From the IMG/VR virus record IMGVR_UViG_3300012007_000016, positions 7,381 to 71,380 of that record: a stretch of DNA of 64,000 bases, one strand, 5' to 3'. Source of the DNA: a virus (Duplodnaviria > Caudoviricetes). Under the pieces are notes generated by a model, which was not told the DNA's origin, did not search any database, and saw only the letters and a list, made by a program, of their open reading frames with translations. Below are positions 48,903-59,700 of the stretch, piece by piece. How positions within the stretch are numbered: position 1 is the first letter of the stretch; every line of letters begins with the position of its first letter. The translations under genes were made by a program, and so were the position numbers.

Positions 48903-51818
48903 ATGCAAGAGGAATATATAAGATTAACAAGTACTGATTCAGTAAATTCAGTTAATAAGGAAGCCTTTGTTAATGTTGAGTTACAGCAACATACAAAGGT
49001 GTTCCCATTTCCGTCAATTAGTGAAACGATTGACCAAAGAGAGGTTTTTGAACAGGAACGTGAAAATTCCACAAAATATCGTCTTATCTTGACAATAAAC
49101 CCATATTGTACCAATGTTTTGTTTAACGCTGTTACTGAAATTGTACAGCATGAGGGTACAAATGAAAATGGTAAATTGATTATTGCAAGTGATAGTGGTA
49201 TTACACCAAGTATCAAGAATTATACAATACAAGGTAAGGCAGATGATGTAACAAATACTGATATGGTTAGGAATACAGAATATGCTAATGGTGATGACCC
49301 TTTCGTGTATCATTGTGGCTATGATATATTTAACAATCATATATTAAGAAACCAATCATTTAAACTTGTTAATCCTTTAACCGGTAATAGTTATAAATTT
49401 CAAAACACTACTGACAGAAATAAAATTAAGAATAACTTTAATACCATCCGAGATATAATGAGATATAGTGATGGTAAGGAAATTAAATTGACAAGACGAA
49501 CAGATGTCAAAACAATACAAGGTGTAGAAAATTTCGATTCACAGAATTATGCAAGACATCTTTATTTAAAGGATGATATTTTGTCACTTATTGACAGTAT
49601 TAACGTTAATACGTCTGAGCAGAATGGTTGGTGGGGTTTCTACAACCGTTCTTCTATTGCTTCTTGTGACTTTAAGGAAAATGAATGGAAGGATATGAAA
49701 ATATCCAAAATTTTCAATGGTAAATATTTTGATGGTTCACAAGAACAAGAACATATGGCTTGTGAATTTATTGAAATGTATCCTGATAGTACTTTATATT
49801 CCTTTAATCCAAAATATAACGTTTTACAAAATAGAGAAGAGCAAAATTGGGATATATGTATAACATATCCTTATGATAAGGATGAAGGAAAAGACAAGAT
49901 TTTGATTAATGGCAGTACTGATGAATTAGATAGTAATGGTGATTTAATATATGTTAATGGCTTGTTGTTGGCAAACTATAAACAAACGAAAGGTACTTCA
50001 GGACAAGATATATTATTATTCCGTTCACTTGTTAAACATAATCTTAAAGTGGGTGACAAATTTAAACTTTTTTATAGTCCAAGAAATAATGATGCAGAAT
50101 CACATTTCAAAGAAATAAAAGACAGACAATTTGAAGTCGTTAATATTGGTAATTTGGAGGGTGATTATTTGGATTATTATTTCTATATAAATGATATAAA
50201 TGATTTGAAAGAAATTTTGGGTTATGGAGATGATGAGAAAATTAAGTCGGAAGATTTTTATTTCCGTTTTATAAAAGTGATAAATGATAGAGATTGTAAA
50301 TATTATTACCGTAAATTCAAAAAATTGCCAAATTTTAAATTCAAAAAAATGGAACTTACGGAAGATGTTGCTTCTGATAAGCAAAAGTTTGAAGAGTATG
50401 TTAGTGCAAACTGTAAAGATTTGAATAATAATGGTATGTTATTATTTCAAAAGGAACAGTATCCTCTTGCTTTTGCTAAAACCATATATAATGATAGTAT
50501 AACTCAAGTTACGTTCACTGACACAATAGAAATTGACAAGATTAAGGATAACCTTGGAAGACCTTTAACTGAATTATTTGTAACAATTATAAAAAGGAAC
50601 AAGGGTCATGAGTTGTGGTATAAGAAGTCAAAAACAAAAAAGGATTTAGAGAATATTGAGTTTTCACATTGTTTTGGGAAATTAAATAGTGGCTTGGAGA
50701 TTCATACTGAATGGAGTGATGATGTTGTTTTAATGGATACAAGGTCAAGAATAAGTGATTGTACAGTAATTACCACAACTGACGGTGAATTGTTAGATGA
50801 AGATATTACAATTGAAGATGACGTTTTCTATGGTGATGTTGTTGAATTGGATACATATAACATGGTTGAAAATGTTTTATCGGATGTACATTTCCGTTTT
50901 AACACAGAACAGAGAGAACACGATTTCAGTGGTAATGAACTAAATTGTGGAAAATTTATATATGATGAAATCATGGGTGATGATTATGACCATGATAGGG
51001 AAAATAAAAATCATAATAAGAGTGGTTGGGATTGTGTTGAAAATGATATGGATGATTTAAATGTTAAACCAACAACATATAGACCAGAGGGTTATCATTA
51101 TAAAGCACATTATCCAATAAAGGTAAGGGAATTTGGGTCGATGCGACAAGGTTCTCATAAGGATATTACAATATCTTCTTGCAGACCAAGGCAAGCGGGT
51201 GGTATGTTTATTGAGGTCGTATCCACTTTAAGAAGTGGGGCAAATAGTGGTAATATTGTTTATCTTTGTGATGATATGAAACAGGAAATGATACCATTAA
51301 CCATCAATAGCGTTTTAAGCAATGTACGTTTTTTGGTGAATCCAATGAAACCAAGTGATGAAAATTATAAAAATATTTTTGAAATTTGTAACGGATTATT
51401 ATATTCAGAGCGTACAATCAAAGAATTTATGGAAAAATGGGTCGATGAGGATGGAAATGAACATTTCGCAGAAGAGGATGAAATTGGTACAATTATCAAG
51501 GATTATAGTATGCCGAAATATATTTTACGTTTGAAGAATTATGACATTCCATCTTATGCTTATAAGGTTGCCACTAATGTTTATTTGTGGAGAGATGTAT
51601 TAAATGTAGGAAATAAAGATACCGTTGAACTTACGGAATACCCGTTTGCTAATGGGCATTTCTATATTAACAAAGATATTAATTTCTTTTTAAAAAGACA
51701 AGACCCATTTGGTGATAATGGACTCTATTCAGAATCAAAAAATCCAAATGACATTTATGGAAATGTCAAGAAAACATCTAATTATGAATATAAGGATGAG
51801 GAAAACAGAATATGTTAG
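48903..51818 (+). CDS. Hypothetical structural protein (971 aa)
   Basis: Long ORF within the baseplate/fibre operon; overlaps the next gene. Confidence 0.65.
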   Translation: MQEEYIRLTSTDSVNSVNKEAFVNVELQQHTKVFPFPSISETIDQREVFEQERENSTKYRLILTINPYCTNVLFNAVTEIVQHEGTNENGKLIIASDSGITPSIKNYTIQGKADDVTNTDMVRNTEYANGDDPFVYHCGYDIFNNHILRNQSFKLVNPLTGNSYKFQNTTDRNKIKNNFNTIRDIMRYSDGKEIKLTRRTDVKTIQGVENFDSQNYARHLYLKDDILSLIDSINVNTSEQNGWWGFYNRSSIASCDFKENEWKDMKISKIFNGKYFDGSQEQEHMACEFIEMYPDSTLYSFNPKYNVLQNREEQNWDICITYPYDKDEGKDKILINGSTDELDSNGDLIYVNGLLLANYKQTKGTSGQDILLFRSLVKHNLKVGDKFKLFYSPRNNDAESHFKEIKDRQFEVVNIGNLEGDYLDYYFYINDINDLKEILGYGDDEKIKSEDFYFRFIKVINDRDCKYYYRKFKKLPNFKFKKMELTEDVASDKQKFEEYVSANCKDLNNNGMLLFQKEQYPLAFAKTIYNDSITQVTFTDTIEIDKIKDNLGRPLTELFVTIIKRNKGHELWYKKSKTKKDLENIEFSHCFGKLNSGLEIHTEWSDDVVLMDTRSRISDCTVITTTDGELLDEDITIEDDVFYGDVVELDTYNMVENVLSDVHFRFNTEQREHDFSGNELNCGKFIYDEIMGDDYDHDRENKNHNKSGWDCVENDMDDLNVKPTTYRPEGYHYKAHYPIKVREFGSMRQGSHKDITISSCRPRQAGGMFIEVVSTLRSGANSGNIVYLCDDMKQEMIPLTINSVLSNVRFLVNPMKPSDENYKNIFEICNGLLYSERTIKEFMEKWVDEDGNEHFAEEDEIGTIIKDYSMPKYILRLKNYDIPSYAYKVATNVYLWRDVLNVGNKDTVELTEYPFANGHFYINKDINFFLKRQDPFGDNGLYSESKNPNDIYGNVKKTSNYEYKDEENRIC

Positions 51819-53686
51819 AATATAGAGTAAACACTAAAAAATTTGATAAGACAAAAGTTGAGTTAAACATTGAGAATATATCATTTGTTGACTTGGCAAA
51901 TCTCGTTGATGAAGAAAATGAAACATTAGAATATGATGGTTTTAACAAAGATAAAATCATGTTAATTTGTGAATGTAAGGATATTGATAAAGTTAACAAC
52001 GGTGGTTTCGTTAAAACTGAGAATACATTGTATCTTGATTATGGTACTGAGCAAGTACCCGAAATAACCGAATATAATTTTGTAAAGGACTATCAAATTA
52101 GTGGTGTAAATAAAAACAATAAAAGTTTTTCCATCTATATTGATAAATATTTTACTCTTAATCAAGATAAGATTGAAAAAATTATATATAATGACACTTT
52201 AGGTATTGAGGAAAGCCAAAATATTTTTTTACATTTCAATGATTATCATTATTTTGATGTGAATGATAAAGAGATACCAATATATTTTAACACATTTGAC
52301 GAGAATGGTGAATTAACTGTTAAAACTATTTTATTTGGATATTATTCACAGAAAGTTTTGGTTGGTTCTATTGATAATTTTTACAATGCGGATGCGGATT
52401 TTCTATTTAAGAATATATTTGGCATTGATATAAATGTTGATGGTCTTAATGAAAAATATATAGAAGGTGATTTAAGTGGAATTGAAATATATCGTGATAA
52501 TTTCTTATTTGGCGAGAAAACAAATTATACATTTAGTTTTGAAAGACCTGTTGTTAATATAAATGTCCCAATTGTTAATACATTTGAGACAAATTTAATA
52601 CAAATGGAACTGCTTAACGAATATTTTGTAGAAGCAGAAAAGAAAAAAGCAATTAATAGGATTACCGATATTGAAAAGGATGTATATTATCCTTGCATAC
52701 CAAATAATAATAGTTTTGATGATGTTTATACGATAAAATTTAATCTTCATTTCAGAGAACATAGAGGTGACGATTGGCTTGTTGAGAATGAAAGTTTTTG
52801 GAATTGTATTGAACAATCGTTTGATGAAAATAATAAGCCAATAGAGAGTAGTGCAAAAATTATCAATACCCCACAGAAAATGACAACAGATAATAGGTCC
52901 GATTTATTGAGTTTTCTTGGTTTTACAAATGAAGATGTACACTTTCAAAAAAATAAACTTAAAAAATCATTTTTACGTTTAATGTATTTTGATTCAACAA
53001 ATCCTGCAAATCAGAATATGATTGGTTATTCGACTATTTTCTTTGATACGGGTGATATGTTTGCCAAATATATCAAATATAACGAAGAAAAAAATTACGT
53101 TGCTGTTAACATGAATAAAAATCAATATGGTGTATATAATATTTCTGAAGGAAAAACAGGAATAAGGGTTAACAGGGAAAGTTTTAATGAAAAGACAAGA
53201 TTAAGTTCGCAGTTTGTGGTGAAAAGTAAAAACACTTCAAAGGCTTCAAGTGAGGGATTTTATCTTTATATTTGGAAAGATAACAGCACACCTTTGCCAC
53301 AAGATTTATATATGAAAGTTGAGTTTAATCACGCTGGTTATGGAAGGACAATACCCTTTATGATGCCTTATTGGGATTCTAAAAAGTGGGGCGGTAAAAT
53401 TGGCATTAAAACCTTTGACGAAATTTTAGAAGATTGGAAAGATATAAAAGAAGAAGAACTTGACCAACATGGTAGAGTATCTTGGATACATAATACAGAT
53501 GGACATTATGGCATAAGACAATATACGAAATTTTCTTATATACATCTTAAATATATGTATGATAAAGAAACCGACAAACATATTTACTATCTTGACCCAG
53601 ACACTTATGGAAATATTACTTATCCAACAGGCGATGATGGTAACAAATATATTGAAATAAACTTATATGAAGCAAAAGTAGAGTAA
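51812..53686 (+). CDS. Hypothetical structural protein (624 aa)
   Basis: Long coupled ORF; TAATG stop/start overlap with the next gene. Confidence 0.65.
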   Translation: MLEYRVNTKKFDKTKVELNIENISFVDLANLVDEENETLEYDGFNKDKIMLICECKDIDKVNNGGFVKTENTLYLDYGTEQVPEITEYNFVKDYQISGVNKNNKSFSIYIDKYFTLNQDKIEKIIYNDTLGIEESQNIFLHFNDYHYFDVNDKEIPIYFNTFDENGELTVKTILFGYYSQKVLVGSIDNFYNADADFLFKNIFGIDINVDGLNEKYIEGDLSGIEIYRDNFLFGEKTNYTFSFERPVVNINVPIVNTFETNLIQMELLNEYFVEAEKKKAINRITDIEKDVYYPCIPNNNSFDDVYTIKFNLHFREHRGDDWLVENESFWNCIEQSFDENNKPIESSAKIINTPQKMTTDNRSDLLSFLGFTNEDVHFQKNKLKKSFLRLMYFDSTNPANQNMIGYSTIFFDTGDMFAKYIKYNEEKNYVAVNMNKNQYGVYNISEGKTGIRVNRESFNEKTRLSSQFVVKSKNTSKASSEGFYLYIWKDNSTPLPQDLYMKVEFNHAGYGRTIPFMMPYWDSKKWGGKIGIKTFDEILEDWKDIKEEELDQHGRVSWIHNTDGHYGIRQYTKFSYIHLKYMYDKETDKHIYYLDPDTYGNITYPTGDDGNKYIEINLYEAKVE

Positions 53687-55413
53687 TGAAGACGATTGAA
53701 TATAAAGTGTCATATGAAAAGATGATTTCAAGATTGCCGGGCTTGTTCGCTTATTTGGAAAGTGACGAGTTTGGCAATATGTCATTACATAAGGCCACTG
53801 ATAGTTTGGATGGCTGTTGGGGAAAAATTGTTGAAAACATTAGTTTACCAAGTGGAGTTAGTCTTAAAGATATTTTACATGGTGGTGAAACATATTCGTT
53901 TAGAACCATCATTGATTATTATTACCAATATAGGGAAGAATTGGGTGAAGACAATGAATTTGTAAAATTTATCGAAAAAGCAATAGGTAAAATTAGTGTT
54001 GATTTTGAAGGTAAAACAGAAATGTCACCAAAATTTATCTACTTAGCAAATGCAAAGAAACTATATAATGAACTTGTGAAAATGGGTAAACAATGTGAAT
54101 TTTATAATCAAAATAAAGAAAAATTTGATACTGATGAATATTTGTGTTGTTTATGTGAACGTTATGAGAATATTGGTGGCAATAAACTTAGGGACTACGT
54201 AGGAAGTTTGATACCACAAGCAGAAACTATTGCAAATGAATATCTTGGATACGCCAAAGGAAATATGGTTTTAGATTTTGATATTGATTTAACCTCAACA
54301 TATCAAGATTTTGGTATAATATCCCCATATGTGCCAATATGGATACCGGGCAAAAGGTATTTTGTTGGTGATAAAGTACAATATGACGGAGAATTGTATA
54401 AATGCTTAAGGGAGAACAATGGTAAGTGGGACGAGGATACCTTGACTATTATCTTTGATTCCGCTAAATTTGAAAAATGTAGAGTTACTGAACTTAACAA
54501 GGTAGAATATGATTTACCATATACCATAAACGGCACAACAGATTCAAAACTTACAGATTTAAGAAGATTTGTAACATATTATAATGATGATAATGTTGCT
54601 GAAAGACCTGCAAATGGTTATGATTGGCTTTTTTATTATAGAAAGGGTGAGGTTGTTAATATTAAGACTGTAAACAATAAGTTGGGAAATGTGGTAAAAT
54701 TATCAGATTTGGAAAATACAAGTATCAATTCCGATGATTTAGATTCATGTGAAGATAAAGATGATTTGGCTGCATATGGAGACGTTATATATGATATAAC
54801 GGCAAATCCCGATGAACACACAATAACCTTTACTTATATTATGGGTGTGCATTTGAAAAGCAACGATAATAGGACAATTGTTTATGATGATGACAATAAC
54901 AAAATAATCAAATGGGATAAATTTGTGTGGGATGAAAATGAAAAAATTGGTATAAAATACCAAGAAACATATAATTATGAAGAAGAGAGTGATTTAGATA
55001 AGTTAATTAAAGGACAGTTTATATTAGAAGGTGTAAATGAGACATTTACTTTTGAAAAATACATAAATGGAGAATATAATAAACAACTGCCCACATATAA
55101 ATTTGAATTTATAACATATAACAATTCGTTTAACTACAATAAGACAATTGCACACCAAGATGTAAATATAGTATCAATATTAACAGATTTTGAAACAAAT
55201 AGAAATAGTTTTGAGGAATATACACAATCTGACTTTTATAGGGAAGATTATTTTAATGGAATTACATATCAACCGAAGAAAAACATTGATGTAAATATAC
55301 AAAGAGGCACGACTTCTGTATTTGACAGACATATTGCTTTTGGTGAGATAAAAACTATGGATGACATGGAAACATATAAAAATGGTTCTTTTTTTAAGAT
55401 GAATGTTAGTTAA
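53686..55413 (+). CDS. Hypothetical structural protein (575 aa) with a possible short carbohydrate-binding (CBM5/12-like) motif
   Basis: WIPGKRYFVGDKVQYDGELYKC resembles a ChtBD3/CBM5-12 repeat. Confidence 0.6.
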   Translation: MKTIEYKVSYEKMISRLPGLFAYLESDEFGNMSLHKATDSLDGCWGKIVENISLPSGVSLKDILHGGETYSFRTIIDYYYQYREELGEDNEFVKFIEKAIGKISVDFEGKTEMSPKFIYLANAKKLYNELVKMGKQCEFYNQNKEKFDTDEYLCCLCERYENIGGNKLRDYVGSLIPQAETIANEYLGYAKGNMVLDFDIDLTSTYQDFGIISPYVPIWIPGKRYFVGDKVQYDGELYKCLRENNGKWDEDTLTIIFDSAKFEKCRVTELNKVEYDLPYTINGTTDSKLTDLRRFVTYYNDDNVAERPANGYDWLFYYRKGEVVNIKTVNNKLGNVVKLSDLENTSINSDDLDSCEDKDDLAAYGDVIYDITANPDEHTITFTYIMGVHLKSNDNRTIVYDDDNNKIIKWDKFVWDENEKIGIKYQETYNYEEESDLDKLIKGQFILEGVNETFTFEKYINGEYNKQLPTYKFEFITYNNSFNYNKTIAHQDVNIVSILTDFETNRNSFEEYTQSDFYREDYFNGITYQPKKNIDVNIQRGTTSVFDRHIAFGEIKTMDDMETYKNGSFFKMNVS

Positions 55414-55439
55414 TAATAAGTAAAACATATAATACATAG

Positions 55440-55730
55440 ATGGAATTATTAGTAACAGAGCAACAGTTAAGAAATCTAAACGAAGACACAAATCCATATA
55501 AGAAAAGATGGACAGCAGAAAGGTCTTCGCTTAAAAAATATATTGTCAATTATGGAGAAACTATGATTTCAAGAGAAAATGGAAAGGAATATAAAGTTAT
55601 TCTGGATAGTTTCTTAACAAATTTATTGGGTATAAATTTTTGTGTCTGCATTCAATGGGATAGTATGACAAATATTCCTGGGGAAATTATTTATGTAAGG
55701 GCATATGATAAGTTCAGTAAATTAAATTGA
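55440..55730 (+). CDS. Small hypothetical protein
   Basis: 96 aa, N-terminal LLVTEQQLRNLNED. Confidence 0.6.
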   Translation: MELLVTEQQLRNLNEDTNPYKKRWTAERSSLKKYIVNYGETMISRENGKEYKVILDSFLTNLLGINFCVCIQWDSMTNIPGEIIYVRAYDKFSKLN

Positions 55731-55781
55731 TTAAAAGTCAAAAAACAACTATTATTATAATAAGAAATTTAGATTTTAAAC

Positions 55782-56720
55782 ATGAACAATACATACGGAA
55801 ATGTTAAAAGCGCAGTAATAAATCCTCTACATGATGTGGAGATTTTTTATCATTACAGACCGACATTAAACAGTGAGGATGCAAGTTATAGAAATTTTCA
55901 TAAAATTGAGGATATTACTTCAGTTTTTACAACAGTTAATGTATCAGAAGATTCAAAAAATTATCCGTCACAAAATCAATTTCCTGACCCTATTTTACCA
56001 GGAATGTACAATTTGTCATTGCCTGTTAATATATTTGGTAGAAAAGGCTTTTATACGCTTTTTATAAGACCAAAAGAGATTTATTGTACAATCAAAGATG
56101 TTGGTGCATTGGGTGCTTATCCGGACATTAGTGGTATTATAGTTGATATGAATAGTGTTAACACCGATAGGTCACTTTTTGGTAGCGATAATCTTACGGG
56201 TTATAGAGTGGAATATCTTCAATATGAAGACGGTGGTTTGAGAAGACAAGATTATTATCGTCTTATAACAAGTTGTAATTTTGCAGAACCAATCACTCAG
56301 AATTTAACTTCAGCAAATACTAATTCAAATGCATATAGGTTTAATGAAAGTGGTACTTTGTCATTTATAACACTTACACCAAGCATTGCTCCAAGTTTTA
56401 AGCCAAATGCAAAACCTTATATCGGTAGTCCAAATCAACAAATAATAATTTCAAATACGAAGTTTGACCCTGTTTGTTTAAGAATAGAAATATGTGAAAA
56501 TGACTTTGATACTCTTGCAACATCAATTGATGGAAATCAGATTAGAGCATTGGATAATGGTATTCTTACAACTTATAATAAAGACCTTGAAATTTATAAA
56601 CAATGGGAGTTCTACACCCTCAAAGACAATTATAATAAAAATGTCAGATATGAGGTTAAAAGGGAACGTACTGATAATATTGATAATACTGCTGATGCAA
56701 ATGATATCTTTGCACAATAA
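55782..56720 (+). CDS. Hypothetical structural protein (312 aa)
   Basis: ORF directly upstream of fibre B. Confidence 0.65.
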   Translation: MNNTYGNVKSAVINPLHDVEIFYHYRPTLNSEDASYRNFHKIEDITSVFTTVNVSEDSKNYPSQNQFPDPILPGMYNLSLPVNIFGRKGFYTLFIRPKEIYCTIKDVGALGAYPDISGIIVDMNSVNTDRSLFGSDNLTGYRVEYLQYEDGGLRRQDYYRLITSCNFAEPITQNLTSANTNSNAYRFNESGTLSFITLTPSIAPSFKPNAKPYIGSPNQQIIISNTKFDPVCLRIEICENDFDTLATSIDGNQIRALDNGILTTYNKDLEIYKQWEFYTLKDNYNKNVRYEVKRERTDNIDNTADANDIFAQ

Positions 56721-56745
56721 ACAAATTCATTTATGATTTTTAACA

Positions 56746-59700
56746 ATGGCACAATATATAAAACATAATAGCAACTACATAAAAACTGTTGAACACCAAC
56801 ATTTAAAAGACGGTTCTACCATCTTTGAAAGAGATTGGGTTACAATAGGCAGTCAACTTAATTTCGGCCCAGGCAAAATACCATATTATAATGATGGCAA
56901 TTTTATTTTTACAACAAGCCCAACACCTTTTTTCCAGAAAAGATATAAAAACGGTGTTACTGTTGCTACATGGACTTATGAAGATGTAAAGGAAGCAAGT
57001 TCAACAGTTAATCAAATACAATTTGATGAATATACAGAAGATATACGTAGTTTTGTATATTATGGCTCATGTGTTGAATTGTTACGTGCAACAATTGAGA
57101 AAATTATATATGAATTTCCGGGAAATATAAAAGTTTCTGACGAAGAATTAGGTGTTTATAAAAGTGTTGAGGAATTTGAATGTGAGGAAGAAAATAAAGA
57201 GGAAAAATATGTACCATTACATGATGTTGGCGAAAGTGATAATGAACAAACTCTTTGGACTTTAAAAAATCCATTTGATATTAATTTTTTCCTCCAAAAT
57301 GTACAACTTACAAAATATGATAATCCTTTACGTTATTTGACATATTCATGGAAGGACTATTTGGTTTCAACTGGTGGTGAATTTAATGAAATAACAAGTT
57401 ACGAGGTTGTCATGCGTCAAATGTATGAAAAGGAAGCAGAACCTTGTGTTGAAACTGTTAAAGTTTATGAGAATACTGTTACAATTGGAAATAAAACAGA
57501 AACAAAGCCATTAAAGTTAAAAGCCGGTAATTATTTTGTTATTTTAACTGATAATGAAGGAGAAGGACAAAAAGTAAATAATTGGGAAGATTTGTGTTAC
57601 CAATCAACAGATAGAAAATATTGTACAATAGATGAAGATGCTTCTGAAATTGTAATAAAAGATGTTGGCGGTGGTGTTATTAATGTTAAAGTAAATGGAA
57701 AAACCATTTATGATAAACAATGGGAAGAGGATGCAATAATGGTTTTTTATCGTGAAGTAAAAATTCCAAGAACATATAAGTATTATCAAATGTTTTCTGA
57801 AGAGGAATATAATAATACATTTTCTCAGCAAGGATGGGTAAAAAGCGATTGCATTATGAAGTTTTGGCTTCCTGATAGTGTTTTCCTCAATAGATGTGAC
57901 GAGTTTCAAAGAAATATTCTTTACAGTGAAGAAAGTAACATTGGTAAAAATCAAGCAGTATATACAGTCAAAATTAATAATGATATTATAATTGAGGGCT
58001 ATATATATGATGGTGAAGTTATTCCATTAGTTAGAAATAAAGACAAGAATCTTGTAATACAACCAAAGGAAGAAATAATCGAAACATATTTTAACGGTTT
58101 AAAAGGTTTTGAAAAACAATTACTTACAAGAAAAACTAATCCTTTATATACGAATAAATTTATAACACCAATAGAATATAATTTAGGTTATCTATATTAT
58201 AATAGAACATATACTTGGCCGTCTGATGGTTATTGCATTGACATAACTTCAACAAAATATATTGATTTCATCAATAAATTGAGTAACATGGCTGAGTTGT
58301 ATGACGAATTATGGACTGACAACCTATGGAGAAGAATGACCCATGAGGCAATCAAAAACTATGATTGGACATACACAAGAGAGTTTATTGATGGTGATGA
58401 GGAAGACAATGTTGATGGCGGTGAAAGAATGCATAAAGTACTTAATATTATCGGACGAGTGTTTGATGATATTAAACTCTCAATAGATACTATTAAAAGA
58501 CAAAACAAAACAACATATAACGGTGACAGAAATGTACCAAATGCATTATTAAGTGATAAATTAGAACTGTTTGGTTGGGACATTTATTCAACTATTCCGA
58601 CTTATAAGAATGAAAATGATGAAACTGTTTCTGCAAGTGAGGAAACCATAACACAAGAGGTACTTGATAACATTGAAAATGAAGTAGAGGTTAACGGTAA
58701 GAAAATTTATCCTGATAAATGGTATCCAACTTCTAACCCTAACAAAATTACGTTTGGTGATGCTGATGTTGAATTTATGAGAAGACTTTTGTTATCGACA
58801 AGACGTATTTTTGAAACAAAAGGCACAAGACAATCTATTGACATGATAATGGGCTTGTTTGGCTACGGTGATACTGATTATACAATTACAGAACATTATA
58901 GAACAGTTACACCAAGGGAATATGATGAAGTTATTGACCAAGAAACTAATGAAACGTTAGGTGATAGGATTGTAAGGTTGAATAATCAGGAAAAACAAAT
59001 GGAGTTACTTTATGAAGAAGATGCAAGTGGTATACCAGTTGCCTCTTTTATAGGCGGATATGACGAACAAGGAAACACCAAAACATATCTTATACCATAT
59101 TATGACCAAACGAAAATGTATGACGGAAACCTTTATTTCCAAAATAAAGGTGGATGGTTCTATAAAAAAGATGATGAGTCAACAGAAATTGATTTCTCGA
59201 AATGGACTGAAACTTTGTCTTATTTGCATGTAGTTTCGCAAGTAAAAGATTTAATGAATGTTAACCCATTTGAAATTAAAAATGGTGATATATATTATGT
59301 TGCTAATTTAAGTGATTATATAGATTATACTGAAACTACTGATACTTTATACAGTCATTTTTTTGCCTTGAAAAATGAATTAATGCCAGAAGAGTTTTCT
59401 TCATGGGTTAATATTAATTTAGAGGATGGCTTTTATGAAGGAAGCATTGACTATACAGACGAAGAAGCAACTTTATATGATAGTTATGCAAAGAAAGCAA
59501 AATATCTTGAAACCATTATACCTTATAATATAGGTAATAATCCGCATGTTGGTTATGGTGAGTATGATATGGGTAATGAGTTTTTTGAATATATGAAAAA
59601 ACCATTTAAATATGCTCTTGACAAATATTATTTTACATCCCCATACTATGAGGAAGCAAATGATGCAAAATTAGAATTTGACGTTTCAGACAGAATAGAC